Part shown: positions 62,483 through 64,000 of the stretch, piece by piece
Numbering within the stretch: position 1 is the stretch's first letter
Layout of the letters: each line of letters opens with the position of its first letter
DNA from: Mobula hypostoma
Lineage: Eukaryota
Direction: 5' to 3'
NCBI RefSeq assembly: GCF_963921235.1
Contig: NC_086097.1
Location: forward strand, 113,276,001-113,340,000
DNA length: 64,000 nt
Made by a program: the position numbers and the translations under genes
The notes under the pieces: model-generated
The model's database searches: none
The model's input: only the letters and a program-made list of their open reading frames with translations
What the model was told of the DNA's origin: nothing

Positions 62483-62989
62483 ATCTAATAAAGTGGCCAC
62501 TGAGTGTATGTTCATGGTCTTCTGCTGCTGCAGCTCCATCCACTTCAAGGTTCAACAGGTTGTGCATCCAGAGATGTTCTCCTGCACAGCACTGTTGTAA
62601 GCATGGCTATTTGAGTTGCTATTGCTTTTCTGTCAGCTTGAACCAGTCTGGCCATTCTCCTCTGACCTCTCTCATTAGCATTTTTACCAACAAAACTACC
62701 GCTCATGGGATGCTTTTTGTTTCTTGCACCATTCTCTGTAAACTCTAGAGACAGTTGTGCATGAAATCTCAGCTTCTGAGATAGTCAAACCACTCTAGTG
62801 GAAGATCTGGTCAAATCTGGCACCAACTGTCATTCCAGAGCATGATGTTTGGTCAGAGCAACAACTGACCCTCCTGAACATGTCTGCACGCTTTTAAGCA
62901 TTGAGTTGTTACCACATGATTGACTGATTTGATATTTGTATTAACAAGTAGGTATACAGGTGTACCTAATAAAGTGTCGATTGAGTGTA
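62483..62989 (-). mobile_element. Tc1-derived non-autonomous element
   Basis: CTAATAAAGTGGCCACTGAGTGTA terminal motifs; homologous to the copies at 38122 and 43508. Confidence 0.75.
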
Positions 62990-64000
62990 GGTTGTTAGCA
63001 AGTAATTGCTGCTGAACAATTTTTCCAGTCATCAGCGAAGTCTGGAGAGCAAAGCCAAAGGTCCAATTTCAGAGATACAGTAGAAGCCTGAAAGTTGCAG
63101 ACTGAATATAGAGGTTCGAAGCAGCGACAAGTGCCCCAGTCACCGGGATCAGAATGAAGACCAGAAAGTCAAACCCATGATTGGCAAATCCTGTGGCAAA
63201 GTTGGAAGTTAGAGGCCTGGAGGTGGCCTGTCAAGGAGATGGAGGCCAGTCTGTGTTTATCTATCTGAGGGGTGGGTGGGTGGGAGAAAGGAAGTGTAGG
63301 AAAGGGCTTTATGGATGACAGGAGAAATTGTTTTCTGCTTACTTGTTGATGTTGTTGTTGCTTGGCTGTTTTGCTGAACATTCTCGGCATGCTATCTTTG
63401 CACCGGAACGTGTGGCGACATTTGTGACCCGTCCCCAGCACATCCTTGGGTATGTTTGTTATTAATGCAAATGACACACTTCATTGTATGTGTCAATGTA
63501 CACGATAAATAAACGTGAATCCGAATCTGCAGGGCACTGTGGCGCGAGGAGTCAGGTTCCATAATCTGCGCCTCACTATTGCTCGTTGACCACTCAGCCA
63601 CGGGGTGACCTTGATGTACGGCAGCTCTTGCACAATTTGATCTATTTGTACCTCATTTTAAACAGGTTATACCCCAGTATGGTCTGATGGATTTACACCT
63701 GGAGATTAATTGCGATTATGAGGATAATGAAATATTCAAGGGCTGTGATGAATTTTTCTGTCATTTTGAAAGATGATTAGTAGATTTAAAGACTTTAGAA
63801 CCAAGACTTTAAAGACATTAAAGGCTTTAGACAGGAATTCTAATTGTTTCCATCTAACACAAAACAAATCACTATTATAAATCTTCATTATTAAACAGTT
63901 GATGAATATGTCAATCAAAATGGAGATACCTACCATTACTGATTCAAAGGTAATGCAGTTGAGCTTTTGCAGTTAAGGAAGAGCTTTAATTAAAAATTAA

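Overview
Eukaryotic vertebrate DNA. The repeat landscape (CR1 with TTCTATG tails, Rex1/Babar, Penelope-like elements, tRNA-headed SINEs, Tc1 and Tigger relics) suggests a cartilaginous fish, probably a ray; this is inference. The only host gene I can support is the first coding exon of RIMS2 on the minus strand (27772-27561). It sits in a CpG-rich, transposon-poor island with two candidate REST/RE1 sites. Positions 1-27560 are therefore RIMS2 intron 1, and the rest of the window is upstream intergenic DNA. Most remaining sequence is mobile elements: a Gmr1-like Gypsy with a deleted but still open pol, a full-length sushi/Tf1-like chromovirus with a self-priming PBS, a related solo LTR and a two-LTR mini-element, an ORF1-only (half-L1-like) element, two long CR1 copies (one with intact ORF2), a Tx1-like 3' end, and many Penelope 3' ends. 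The Penelope ends carry minimal hammerhead ribozyme motifs, and one pair forms a 1.24-kb fold-back. No CRISPR, rRNA or true tRNA gene was found. Boundaries of degenerate repeats are approximate and were read by eye.
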